64,000 bases of DNA, taken from positions 1,385 to 65,384 of the forward strand of contig CAWDZR010000031.1 in NCBI GenBank assembly GCA_963806755.1, given 5' to 3'. Positions 1 through 9,700 of this stretch are shown piece after piece (positions within the stretch are counted from its first letter, which is position 1; the number at the start of each line of letters is the position of its first letter). Source of the DNA: an uncultured Gemmatimonadales bacterium. GTDB lineage: Bacteria > Gemmatimonadota > Gemmatimonadetes > Gemmatimonadales > JACORV01. The notes beneath the pieces are model-generated. The model did not search any database. It was not told where the DNA came from and worked only from the letters and a program-made list of their open reading frames with translations. The position numbers and the translations under genes are program-made.

Positions 1-638
1 TGCTGGGCGCCCTTGGGCTGGCCCGTGGTGCCCGAGGTGTAGTGGAGCACCGACGGCGTCTCGGCCGTGCTGGGGTACACGTCGAACTGCTCGACCGGCG
101 GCAGGTCGTCGAGCGCGAGCGCGATCTCGCACGACTTGAGCTGCGCCTCCGGCGCGTCCACCACGATGATGTGACGCAGCGACGGCAGCGTGCCGACCAG
201 CTTGCGGACCTTGAGGACGTGCTTCTTCTGGGTGAGGATCGCCGCCGTGCCCGCGTTCTGGAGCCGGGTGTGGAGCGACTCCTCCCCGAACGCCGAGAAC
301 AGGGGCTGGGCGATGCCGCCCATCTTGAGGATGGCCAGGAAGCCGAGGTACAGCTCCGGCACGCGGTCCATGAAGAGGCAGATGCGCTCGCCGGGCTTGA
401 GGCCGAGGCCCTGGAGCCAGGCCGCGAGCGTATTGGTCTTGACCCGCAGGTCGTCGTAGGTGTAGAGGCGCTCGTGGCCCTGGTGGTCTTCCCAGCGCAG
501 CGCGACCGTCCCGGAAAGCCCCAACTCGCACAGCCGGTCGCTGCAGTACCAGCCGATGTTGATGGGGTCGCCGGGGTGATAGCCGAGCTCGTGCTCGGCG
601 GCTTCCCAGCTACTGGGCGCTAGAGTCGGTGCGGCCAT
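1..638 (-). CDS. AMP-dependent synthetase/ligase (acyl-/acetyl-CoA synthetase-like), N-terminal part; 3' end lies beyond the window
   Basis: Hand translation of the minus strand from ATG (638-636) gives MAAPTLAPSSWEAAEHELGYHPGDPINIGWYCSDRLCELG...ETPSVLHYTSGTTGQPKGAQ. It ends in the AMP-binding signature TSGTTGxPKG. The ORF runs off the window edge, so it is missing from the ORF track. Confidence 0.8.
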   Translation of the reverse strand, partial: MAAPTLAPSSWEAAEHELGYHPGDPINIGWYCSDRLCELGLSGTVALRWEDHQGHERLYTYDDLRVKTNTLAAWLQGLGLKPGERICLFMDRVPELYLGFLAILKMGGIAQPLFSAFGEESLHTRLQNAGTAAILTQKKHVLKVRKLVGTLPSLRHIIVVDAPEAQLKSCEIALALDDLPPVEQFDVYPSTAETPSVLHYTSGTTGQPKGAQ

Positions 639-1017
639 CGGCGGCCTCCATCACCACGCTGGCGACGGCCCAGTCCCGGGTGTGGGACAGGGACACGAAG
701 ACGTTGGCGACGTGGAGCGCGTCGGCCGCCTCCCGGACCTTGCCGTGGAGGAGGACGTAGCTGCGGCCGTTGCGCTCGACCCGGACTTCGACGTCGCGCC
801 AGTACGAGCCACTGAGGCCGGAGGCGCCGAGCGCCTTGAACACGGCTTCCTTGGCGGCGAAGCGCGCCGCGAAGTGCTGGGCCGGATACCGCTTGGACTG
901 GCAGTAGGCGATCTCCTCCGGGGTGAAGATCGTGTCCCGGAGCCCCTGCTCGCCCTTGTCCAGGTCGTCTTCGACGCGTGGAACGGAGAAGAGATCGACG
1001 CCGATACCGACGATCAC
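610..1017 (-). CDS. acpS: holo-[acyl-carrier-protein] synthase (4'-phosphopantetheinyl transferase, AcpS type)
   Basis: 135-aa ORF with MIVGIGVDLFSV...FTPEEIAYC...FAAKEAVFKALG. The N-terminal motif and the length are typical of AcpS. Its 3' end overlaps the downstream ligase start by 29 nt. Confidence 0.85.
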   Translation of the reverse strand: MIVGIGVDLFSVPRVEDDLDKGEQGLRDTIFTPEEIAYCQSKRYPAQHFAARFAAKEAVFKALGASGLSGSYWRDVEVRVERNGRSYVLLHGKVREAADALHVANVFVSLSHTRDWAVASVVMEAADGRTDSSAQ

Positions 1018-1199
1018 GGGACGGCCCCCCTGGTGGCAATGACGCTATCCGATCAACTCACGCGCAATCTGCGTGCCCGCCGCTGGAGTGAAAACACCGA
1101 GACTGAGTCGGAGTTCGGCCAGCGACGGCGCCACCTGGCGGCGGAGCGCGGCCGGTGCCCGGTGGCCACCCACGGGCCGGGGCTAGCCGGGACGCCTCG

Positions 1200-1262
1200 C
1201 ACCCCTCACTTTCACCCCTCGCTTCTCACATGAGCCTCTCACACCTCACCCCTCACATCTCG
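1200..1262. repeat. One-armed CTCAC-type degenerate heptamer repeat in a divergent promoter/5' leader region
   Basis: cctcact ttcaccc ctcgctt ctcacat gagcctc tcacacc tcacccc tcacatc. The last units are in period 7 (TCACNNC). I found no complementary GTGAG arm nearby. It lies 12 nt upstream of the symporter ATG (1274). Confidence 0.6.
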
Positions 1263-1273
1263 CCCGGGCCCCC

Positions 1274-3049
1274 ATGCACCTGACCGGTCTCGACTGGACC
1301 ATCGTCGGCATCTCGATCGCCGTCTCGTTCCTGCCCGCCATCTTCTTCGTCCGGCGGGCCAGCTCGAGCACGGCCGAGTTCTTCACCTCGGGCCGGGCGG
1401 CGCCGTGGTGGCTGGTGGGCGTCTCGATGGTCGCCACCACCTTCAGCACCGACACCCCGAACCTCGTGACCAACATGGTCCGCGAGCAGGGCGTGTCGGA
1501 GAACTGGCTGTGGTGGGCGTTCCTGCTCACCGGGATGATGACCGTGTTCTTCTACGCCCGCATGTGGCGGCGCTCGCGGGTGCTCACGGACCTGGAGTTC
1601 TACGAGCTGCGCTACGCGGGCAAGGCGGCGACCTTCGTGCGCGGGTTCCGCGCCATCTACCTCGGGCTGTTCTTCAACTGCGTGATCATGGCGACGGTGA
1701 ACCTGGCCGCGGCCAAGATCGCCAACGTCCTGTTCGGCGTGCCGATGCTGGAGACGCTCGCCATCGCTTCCGTCATCACGATCTTCTTCGCCTCGGTGTC
1801 GGGGCTGTGGGGCGTGCTGGTCACCGACTCGATCCAGTTCACGATCACCATGACCGGCACCATCGCCGTGTCGTACTTCGCCGTGCAGCAGCCCGCCGTG
1901 GGCGGCCTCTCCGGCCTGCTGCACAAGATCGATCCCAGGGTGCTGAACCTGCTGCCGGACTTCGGCAACTGGGGCGTCGCGCTCTCGGTGCTGATCATCC
2001 CCATCACGATCCAGTGGTGGTCGGTCTGGTACCCGGGCGCGGAGCCGGGCGGCGGCAGCTACATCGCGCAGCGCATGCTCGCCGCGAAGAGCGAGAAGGA
2101 CGCGCTCACCGGCACGCTGTTCTTCAACGTGATGCACTACGCGCTGCGGCCGTGGCCGTGGATCATCACGGCCCTGGCCTCGACGCTGGTCTTCCCGCAC
2201 CTCTCGGACATCGCGCGCGCCTTCCCGTACGTGGAGACGCGCCTCATCGGCAACGACATGGCGTACCCCGCCATGTTCCGTTTCCTGCCGGCCGGCTTCC
2301 TCGGCCTCATCGTCGCGGGCACCCTGGCGGCGTACCGCTCGACGATCGAGACGCACCTCAACTGGGGCACGTCGTACCTGGTGCACGACTTCTACCGGCG
2401 GTTTCTCAACAGCGGGCGGGAGGAGAAGCACTACGTGCTGGTGGGCCGGCTCACGACGGCCGGGCTGATGGTGTGCGCCGCCGCCCTCACCTTCGCGCTC
2501 CAGACGGCGAAAGAGGCGTTCGATCTCATCCTTTCGGTCGGCGCCGGGACGGGGCTGATCTACCTGCTGCGCTGGTTCTGGTGGCGGGTCAACGCGTGGA
2601 GCGAGGTCGCGGCCATGGCCAGCTCGTTCCTCGTGGCCCTCGGCTTCTTCCTCGCGGCCAAGCTCGGCCACCCGTCCCCCGTGTACGTCACGCTGCCGGT
2701 GACCGTCGCGGCCACGACGGTGGTGTGGATCGCCGTCACCTACCTGACGCGTCCGACCGACCGCGCCACGCTGGTGAAGTTCTACGAGCTGGTGCGGCCC
2801 GCGGGCCCGGGCTGGGGCCCGGTGCGCGCCGAGGCCGGCCCCGGCGGCTCGCCCGACCGGTTGCCGCTCGCGATGCTGGGCTGGGTGCTGGGCTGCCTGT
2901 TCGTCTACGCGGGCCTGTTCGGCGTCGGGAGCTTCCTCTATGGCCGGACAGGCACCGCGCTCGCGTTCACGGCGCTGTTCGGCTTGAGCGCCCTGGGCCT
3001 GGTGCGCGTGCTGCCCCTGGTCTGGGGCAGCGGCGAGGGGACGTCGTAG
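1274..3049 (+). CDS. sodium:solute symporter family (SSF) transporter
   Basis: 591 aa, multi-TM. N-terminus MHLTGLDWTIVGISIAVSFLPAIFFVRRASSSTAEFFTSGRAAPWWLVGVSMVATTFSTDTP is typical of the SSF/SLC5 family. Confidence 0.85.
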   Translation: MHLTGLDWTIVGISIAVSFLPAIFFVRRASSSTAEFFTSGRAAPWWLVGVSMVATTFSTDTPNLVTNMVREQGVSENWLWWAFLLTGMMTVFFYARMWRRSRVLTDLEFYELRYAGKAATFVRGFRAIYLGLFFNCVIMATVNLAAAKIANVLFGVPMLETLAIASVITIFFASVSGLWGVLVTDSIQFTITMTGTIAVSYFAVQQPAVGGLSGLLHKIDPRVLNLLPDFGNWGVALSVLIIPITIQWWSVWYPGAEPGGGSYIAQRMLAAKSEKDALTGTLFFNVMHYALRPWPWIITALASTLVFPHLSDIARAFPYVETRLIGNDMAYPAMFRFLPAGFLGLIVAGTLAAYRSTIETHLNWGTSYLVHDFYRRFLNSGREEKHYVLVGRLTTAGLMVCAAALTFALQTAKEAFDLILSVGAGTGLIYLLRWFWWRVNAWSEVAAMASSFLVALGFFLAAKLGHPSPVYVTLPVTVAATTVVWIAVTYLTRPTDRATLVKFYELVRPAGPGWGPVRAEAGPGGSPDRLPLAMLGWVLGCLFVYAGLFGVGSFLYGRTGTALAFTALFGLSALGLVRVLPLVWGSGEGTS

Positions 3050-3075
3050 AGCGGCGTCACCGCCCGGCCAAGGCG

Positions 3076-4470
3076 TCAGCGCGGCCCGGGGTCGTTCCAG
3101 GTGGCGGGGGGCGTGGTCCCGGTGGCGAACGCCGCGAGACGCCGGATCCGCGGCGGCGCCGCGCTCTGCGTCACGACGATACGGACCGCACTCACGCGGG
3201 TCGGCGGCACGGGCTGGATGCGCCGGTGGCCCACCGAGATCCCGTCGCCCAGGTGCGTCCACACGCGGCCACTCCGACCTTCGAGGCGGTAGGCGCGCAC
3301 CCGCTCGCCGGCCGCGAGGTCCTCCTCCACGACGACGTGGTCCACGATCGTCGGCGCGCGGAGCCGCAGCTCCACCTCGCGGCCCTGGCCGGCCGTTTCG
3401 GCCACGCTCCGTCCGAAGCGACGCCGCACTTCGTCGCCGAGCTCCTTCGCCCGTGCCGCGTCGGCCGCGGGCATGTGGCCGCTCGGGTCCGGCGGGACGT
3501 TGAGCAGCAGCTGCGCGCCCCGGCCCACCGACCGGTAGTAGATCTCGAGCAGCGCGTCCAGCGTGAGCAGGCTCGCTTCGTCGGCCGGCTGCCAGAACCA
3601 ATGCGGGCGCCGGATCGAGACGTCGCACTCCAGCGGCAGCCAGGCGTCGCCGTCGGGCCTGCTCTCCCTGGCCGTGGCGACGCCCGTGGCGGCGTCCTTC
3701 GCGGCGAGCGTGTCCCACGACGGGTAGGGCGCGAACCCGTCCTCGTTCCCCACCCAGCGGATCGTGGCCTGTGGGCCCTGGAAGATCATCGTGTGCGGCG
3801 CATAGGCGGCGAGGATGTCGCCTACGGGCACCACGAGGCTGCCGTCGAACCACACTTCGGTCATGTCGCCGTAGCGGGTCAGCAGCTCGGTGAGCTGGCC
3901 GCGGTAGTAGATGTTGTACAGGGCCTGCTTCTGCGGAGTGTCGCACGCGCCCCCCACTCCGGCGCCGAAGTTGTCGTCGCGCGGGGAGAGGTACACACCC
4001 AGGCCGAGGCCGGCGCGGCGACACGAGGCGGCCAGGTCGGCCATCACGTCGCCGTGCCCGCCCTTCCACGGCGTACTGATGATGCCGTAGTCGGTGGTCT
4101 GCGTCTGCCACAGGCAGAAGCCTTCCTGGTGCTTCGCGACCAGCACCACGTAGCGGGCGCCGAGGTCCCGGGCCACGCGCGCCCACTCGTCGGTGTCGAT
4201 GTCCAGGTGGAGCGACGACAGCGGCACGGGCCGGTCCGGATGCGACCAGTCCCGCCACGTGGCGGGGCCGAAGTGGACGAACATGCCCACGCCCAGGTCC
4301 GCCCAGCGCAGCTGGTCGGGCGTGGGGAGCGCGGGATGAAGTTGGTCGAGAGTCGAGAGTCGAGGGTCGAGAGACACCGGGCCGCCCCACCCAACGGCGC
4401 GGAGCGCCGGGACGCGCGCGAGCGCTCCCGCGGCGACGAGCGACGAAACGAACCCGCGGCGATCGATCAT
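3076..4470 (-). CDS. alpha-L-fucosidase (GH29), Tat-signal
   Basis: 464 aa with Tat-like N-terminus MIDRRGFVSSLVAAGALA. GH29-like core: FGMFVHFGPATW...ARYVVLVAKHQEGFCLWQT...GGHGDVMADLAASCRRAGLGLGVYLSP. Confidence 0.85.
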   Translation of the reverse strand: MIDRRGFVSSLVAAGALARVPALRAVGWGGPVSLDPRLSTLDQLHPALPTPDQLRWADLGVGMFVHFGPATWRDWSHPDRPVPLSSLHLDIDTDEWARVARDLGARYVVLVAKHQEGFCLWQTQTTDYGIISTPWKGGHGDVMADLAASCRRAGLGLGVYLSPRDDNFGAGVGGACDTPQKQALYNIYYRGQLTELLTRYGDMTEVWFDGSLVVPVGDILAAYAPHTMIFQGPQATIRWVGNEDGFAPYPSWDTLAAKDAATGVATARESRPDGDAWLPLECDVSIRRPHWFWQPADEASLLTLDALLEIYYRSVGRGAQLLLNVPPDPSGHMPAADAARAKELGDEVRRRFGRSVAETAGQGREVELRLRAPTIVDHVVVEEDLAAGERVRAYRLEGRSGRVWTHLGDGISVGHRRIQPVPPTRVSAVRIVVTQSAAPPRIRRLAAFATGTTPPATWNDPGPR

Positions 4471-4535
4471 GGACGCGAATATACGGCCGACCGCGCGCGC
4501 GGCACTACCGCGGCGCTGCAGCCCGACGTTACTTC

Positions 4536-5357
4536 ATGCCCGTGAGCCAACCTGCCAGCAAGGCCGTGATCCTCGCCCGCGGACTCGGCACCCGCATGCG
4601 CCGGGCGGATCGCAACGCGGTGCTCGAAGGCCACCAGGCCGCCGTGGCCGCCGCCGGGCTCAAGGCCATGATGCCGCTCGGCGGGCGGCCGTTCCTCGAC
4701 TACGTGCTGAGCGCCATCGCCGACGCCGGCTACCAGGACGTATGCCTGGTCATCGGACCCGACCGGGAGGTGGTGCGCGACCATTTCGAGCGCGACCTGA
4801 CGCCGCAGCGCCTCCGCATCCATTACGCCATTCAGGACAAGCCCCTCGGGACCGCCGACGCCGTCCTGGCGGCCGAGAGCTTCGCGGGCCCCGATCCCTT
4901 CCTCGTCATCAACTCGGACAACTACTACCCGGTCGAGGCGTACGCCGGCCTGCGGGCGCTGGCCGCCTCCGGTATCGCCGCGTTCTGGAAGAGCGCGCTC
5001 GTGACCGAGGGCAACCTGTCGGCGGAGCGGATCGCGACCTTCCCGATCATCGAGGCGGACGCGCAGGGTTACGCCACGCGCCTCGTGGAGCCGGGCGACG
5101 CCCCGCCGGCGCCGGCCGACGTCCTGGTCAGCATGAACTGCTGGATGTTCACGCGATCCATCTTCGCCGCCTGCCGCGCCATCCCGGCCGCGCCCTCGGG
5201 CGAGCTGGAGATCCAGGCGGCCGTGCGTCACGCGATGGCCAAGCAGGGCGAACGCTTCCGCGTCCTCCCGATCCGCGCCCCGGTGCTCGACCTGACGAGC
5301 CGGGGCGACGTCGCCGTCGTGACGAAGCGGCTGGTGGGCACGCGCGTGATGGTGTAG
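4536..5357 (+). CDS. sugar-1-phosphate nucleotidyltransferase (NTP_transferase family)
   Basis: 273 aa. KAVILARGLGTRM...MMPLGGRPFLDYVLSAIADAGYQDVCLVIGP...QDKPLGTADAV matches the G-x-G-T-R nucleotidyltransferase fold. Confidence 0.75.
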   Translation: MPVSQPASKAVILARGLGTRMRRADRNAVLEGHQAAVAAAGLKAMMPLGGRPFLDYVLSAIADAGYQDVCLVIGPDREVVRDHFERDLTPQRLRIHYAIQDKPLGTADAVLAAESFAGPDPFLVINSDNYYPVEAYAGLRALAASGIAAFWKSALVTEGNLSAERIATFPIIEADAQGYATRLVEPGDAPPAPADVLVSMNCWMFTRSIFAACRAIPAAPSGELEIQAAVRHAMAKQGERFRVLPIRAPVLDLTSRGDVAVVTKRLVGTRVMV

Positions 5358-5361
5358 CCGC

Positions 5362-6627
5362 GTGGCCGCGCCCTCCCTGTTCGACCGCGCGCTCGCCGCG
5401 CTGGAAGGCCTCGGCCGTACCTCGGGCGAGGTGCGCCGCTACTTCGTGCCCGGCCGCATCGAAGTGCTCGGGAAGCACACCGACTACGCCGGCGGCCGCA
5501 GCCTGTTGTGCGCCGCGGAGCGCGGGATGTACTTCGCCGTGGCCCCGCGCGCCGACGCGCGGATGCGGGTCGCCGACGCGCGCCTGGGCGAGACCGCGGA
5601 GTTCGCGATCGAGCCCGGCCTCAAGGCGCGCGCCGGGCATTGGTCCAACTACCCGATGACCATGGCCCGGCGCCTGGCGCGCAACTTCCCCGGCCCCTGG
5701 AAGGGCGTGGACATCGGGCTGGTGGGCGACCTCCCCCTCGCGGCGGGCATGAGCAGCTCGAGCGCCGTGTCCATCGGCTACTACGTCGCCCTCGCCGACG
5801 CCAACGAGCTGGACCGCCGCAGCGAGTACCTCGCCAATATCCACGCCCCCGAGGACCTCGCCGGCTACCTCGGCACCGTCGAGAACGGGCGCACGTTCGG
5901 CACCCTGCGGGGCGACACCGGCGTCGGGCTGGCGGGGGGAAGCGAGGACCAGACCGCCATCCTGTGCTGCAAGGCGGGCGAGCTCAGCCAGTACTCGTTC
6001 TGCCCCGTGCGCCACGAGCGCCAGGTGCCGCTGCCCGCGGGGTGGATCTTCGCCGTGGCGGTGAGCGGCGTGGCGGCCGACAAGAACGCCGCCGCCCAGG
6101 AGAAGTACAACCGCGCCGCGCGGCTGGTGGACGACGTGCTGCGGGTGTGGCGCGAGACGATGGGCCGCGACGACCTGTGGCTCGCCGACGCCGTCGCTTC
6201 GGCGGCCGACGCGCCGGAGCGGATGCGGCGCCTGCTGGCCCGCACGCCCGAGCTGCTGGAGCGGTTCGATCAGTTCTTCGTGGAGAGCGAGGAGATCGTC
6301 CCCGCGGTGGGCGACTTCCTCGCTCGCGGCGAGGTGGAGGAGATCGGGCCGCTGGTGGACCGGTCCATGGAGCGGGCGGTGCGGCTCCTCAAGAACCAGA
6401 TTCCCGAGACCATCGCCCTCGCGGCCTCGGCCCGGAAGCTCGGGGCGGCGGCCGCGTCCGCCTTCGGCGGCGGCTTCGGCGGCGCGGTGTGGGCGCTGGT
6501 GCACGCGGACGCCGGCCCGGCGTTCCTCGAGCACTGGACGGAGGAGTACCGGCGCGCCTTCCCCGGCCCCGCCAAGCGGGCGGAGTTCTTCCTGACGCCG
6601 GCCGCGCCCGCGATGCGCCGGGTCTAG
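5362..6627 (+). CDS. GHMP-family sugar 1-kinase (galactokinase-like)
   Basis: 421 aa. GRIEVLGKHTDYAGG resembles the galactokinase signature GR(V/I)NLIGEHTDY. PLAAGMSSSSAV is the GHMP ATP-binding motif. Starts 4 nt after the nucleotidyltransferase stop. Confidence 0.75.
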   Translation: MAAPSLFDRALAALEGLGRTSGEVRRYFVPGRIEVLGKHTDYAGGRSLLCAAERGMYFAVAPRADARMRVADARLGETAEFAIEPGLKARAGHWSNYPMTMARRLARNFPGPWKGVDIGLVGDLPLAAGMSSSSAVSIGYYVALADANELDRRSEYLANIHAPEDLAGYLGTVENGRTFGTLRGDTGVGLAGGSEDQTAILCCKAGELSQYSFCPVRHERQVPLPAGWIFAVAVSGVAADKNAAAQEKYNRAARLVDDVLRVWRETMGRDDLWLADAVASAADAPERMRRLLARTPELLERFDQFFVESEEIVPAVGDFLARGEVEEIGPLVDRSMERAVRLLKNQIPETIALAASARKLGAAAASAFGGGFGGAVWALVHADAGPAFLEHWTEEYRRAFPGPAKRAEFFLTPAAPAMRRV

Positions 6628-6742
6628 ACGCCCGCCGCGCCGCGCGCGGCGACCCCCTCCGGAAAGGGCGGCGCTCCACTCCGTTATCCGGCCCGGCACG
6701 CGTTTCGCGGGCGTGACTCGGCGGATTCCTCAAGGAGATGGT

Positions 6743-9700
6743 GTGAGACGTGACCCACGCACGCCGGTCCGGCGAGCCATACGCCTGGCGGTGAGGCTCG
6801 TTCTGGTCGCCGCAGCGGCGCTCGCCCTCGTCGCGGCCGCTTCGCTGGCGCCGGATGCCACCCTCGCGGCGCAGACCAGGTTGCTCCGCTTCCCCGACAT
6901 CCACGGCGACAAGGTGGTATTCACGTACGCGGGCGACCTGTGGACGGCACCCGCGACGGGCGGCACCGCCGTGCGGCTCACCGCGCACCCGGGCCTGGAG
7001 CTGTTCGCCAAGTTCTCGCCCGACGGCCGGTGGATCGCGTTCACCGGCCAGTACGACGGCGACGAGCAGGTGTACGTCATCCCGGCGGCCGGGGGCGTGC
7101 CGCGCCAGCTGACGTTCTATCCCACGCGCGGGCCGCTGCCACCGCGCTGGGGGTACGACGACCAGGTGTACGGGTGGACACCCGACGGCACGGCGGTGGT
7201 GTTCCGCTCGCTCCGCGACGGCTGGGACCTGGGCGAGGGGCGCCTGTTCACGGTGCCGCTCACCGGCGGCCTTCCGGTCGCCCTGCCGATGCCGCAGTCC
7301 GGCGCGGGCGACCTCTCGCCGGACGCGCGGCAGATCGCCTACTCGCCCCTGTTCCGTGACTTCCGCGCCTGGAAGCGCTACCAGGGCGGCTGGGCCGAGG
7401 ACATCTGGACCTTCGACCTCGCGACCCACGCGGCCCGCAACCTCACCGACAACCCGTTCACCGATCGCGACCCCATGTGGGTCGGCGACCGGATCTACTT
7501 CGCGTCCGATCGCAGCGGAACGCTGAACCTCTACTCGGTTCGTCCCGACGGCAGCGACCTGGCGCAGCTCACCCACAGCACGACCTGGGACGTGCGCTGG
7601 CCCAGCACCGATCACGCGGGCCGCATCGTCTACGAGCTGGACGGCGAGCTGCACGTGTACGCCATCCAGGGCGGCGGCGACACGAAGCTCGACATCACGG
7701 TGCCCGACGACGGCCTGGCCGCGCGGCCGCACCACCAGTCCGTCGCCGCCTTCATCGAGGACTTCGCGCTGAGCCCCGACGGCGCACGCGCGCTGTTCGT
7801 CGCCCGCGGCGACGTGTTCACCGCGCCCGCCGAGCACGGTCCGACCCGCAACCTCACGCACAGCTCCAACGCCCACGACAAGGCGGCGCGCTGGTCGCCC
7901 GACGGGCGCAAGATCGCGTTCATCTCCGACATGAGCGGCGAGGAGGAGCTGTACCTCGTGGACCAGGACGGGAGCGGCGCGCCCGAGCGGCTCACCACCG
8001 ACGGCGCCATGATGCGCTACCCGCCGGTCTGGTCGCCGGACGACCGGCGCCTGGCCTTCGGCGACAAGGCGGGCCGGCTGTGGGTGCTCGAGATCGCCGA
8101 CCGCCGCCTGACCCAGGTGGCGCGCGACTCGGGCGGCTACGTGGGCGACCAGCACTGGTCGCCCGACGGGCGCTGGCTCGCCTTCAGCATGAGCCACGCC
8201 ACGGGGTTCAGCTCGATCTGGATCTGGGGCGTCGGCGACACCGCGCCGCGCCAGGTCACCGGCGCGCTGAACGGCGCCTACGACCCGGTGTTCGACCCGG
8301 AGGGCAAGTACCTCTTCTTCCTGAGCGACCGGGAGTACCACCCGCAGATCAGCACCATGGAATGGAACTTCGCGACCGACCGCAGCACGGGCATCTTCGC
8401 CCTCGCCCTGCGCCGGGACGTGCCGTCGCCGTTCCCGCCGCAGAGCGACGAGGTGAAGCCGGATACGACGGCCGCCGCGCCCGCGACGCCCGTCGCGGCC
8501 GCACCGTCACGCGGCAGGCACGCCGCGCCGGCCCCGCCGCCCGCGGACACCGGTCACGGCGCCAAGGCCGCGCCGGCACCCGTCCTGATCGACTTCGACG
8601 GCCTCGCCGACCGCGTCACGCCCGTCCCGGTGCCCGCCGACAACTACGGCGGCCTCGAGGCGGTGAAGGGCAACCTGGTGTACGCGCGCCGGCCGGCGAG
8701 CTACTACGGCCGCGAGGCGGCGACCGGCACCTCGCTCGTCGTCTTCAACCTCGCCGAGCGCAAGGCCACGACGCTGGCCGACAGCATCGACGGCTACGCC
8801 CTCTCGCCCGACGGATCGAAGGTGCTGGTGCACCAGGGCGGCGCGTACGTCCTGTACGACGCCACTCCCAAGGGCGCGTCGTCGAAGAAGACGGTCTCCA
8901 CCGCCGGGCTCCAGGCGGACGTGGTGCCGCAGCAGGAGTGGGCGCAGATCTTCGACGAGGTGTGGCGGCGGTTCCGCGACTTCTTCTACGTGCCGAACAT
9001 GAACGGCTACGACTGGCAGGCGCTGCACGACCGCTACCGCCCCCTGCTCCAGTACGTCGGGCACCGCTCCGACCTCGACTACGTGCTCCAGGAGATGATC
9101 GGCGAGCTGAGCAACTCGCACACCTACATCTCGGGCGGCGACTACGGCGCCGTGCCGGACCGGCCGCCCGTGGGGCTGCCCGGCGCGCGGTTCGCGCTCG
9201 ACTCCGCATCCGGCCGTTACCGGATCGCGAGCATCCTGCGGGGCGACAATGCCGAGGACCCGTACCGCTCGCCGCTGACCGACGTGGGCGTGGACGCCCG
9301 CGTGGGCGACTACGTCCTGGCCATCGACGGCGAGGACCTGAAGGCGAGCGACAACCCGTACCGGCTGCTGCGCTTCAAGGCCGACCGGCCGGTCACGCTC
9401 ACGCTCAACACGCGTCCCGTCGCCGAGGGCGCGCGGCACGTGACCTACCGCCCGATCACCGGCGAGACCAACCTGGTCTATTACGGGTGGGTCGCGCGCA
9501 ACCGCCGGATGGTGGATTCGATGACCGGCGGCCGGGTCGGGTACCTGCACCTGCCCGACATGGGCGCCGACGGCATCAACGAGTTCATCAAGTGGTACTA
9601 CCCGCAGGTCCGCAAGGAAGGGCTCGTCATCGACGTGCGGTCCAACGGCGGCGGCAACATCTCCGCCATGGTGATCGAGCGCCTGAGCCGGCGCCTGCTG

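Noticed and set aside
1039-1233. 64-aa ORF MTLSDQLTRNLRARRWSENTETESEFGQRRRHLAAERGRCP... in the acpS/symporter intergenic region.
   Set aside because: It has no recognisable motif or RBS, its composition drifts into repeat-derived sequence (..PHFHPSLLT), and it overlaps the CTCAC array. I kept it as unannotated rather than calling a gene.
1253-4390. Very long ORFs antisense to or out of frame with the called genes. Examples are 1253..4390(-), 1405..4545(+), 5149..6699(-), 6389..8341(-), 7477..10167(+), 8507..10240(-), 11888..16267(-), 12355..14472(+), 23176..24570(-), 35706..38600(+), 44596..46638(+), 47317..50181(+), 53156..54658(+) and 56207..57739(+).
   Set aside because: Their translations are Arg/Ala/Gly/Pro-rich low-complexity strings with no recognisable motifs, which is typical of stop-codon-poor alternative frames in roughly 70% GC DNA. 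In every case another frame carries a protein with clear family motifs.
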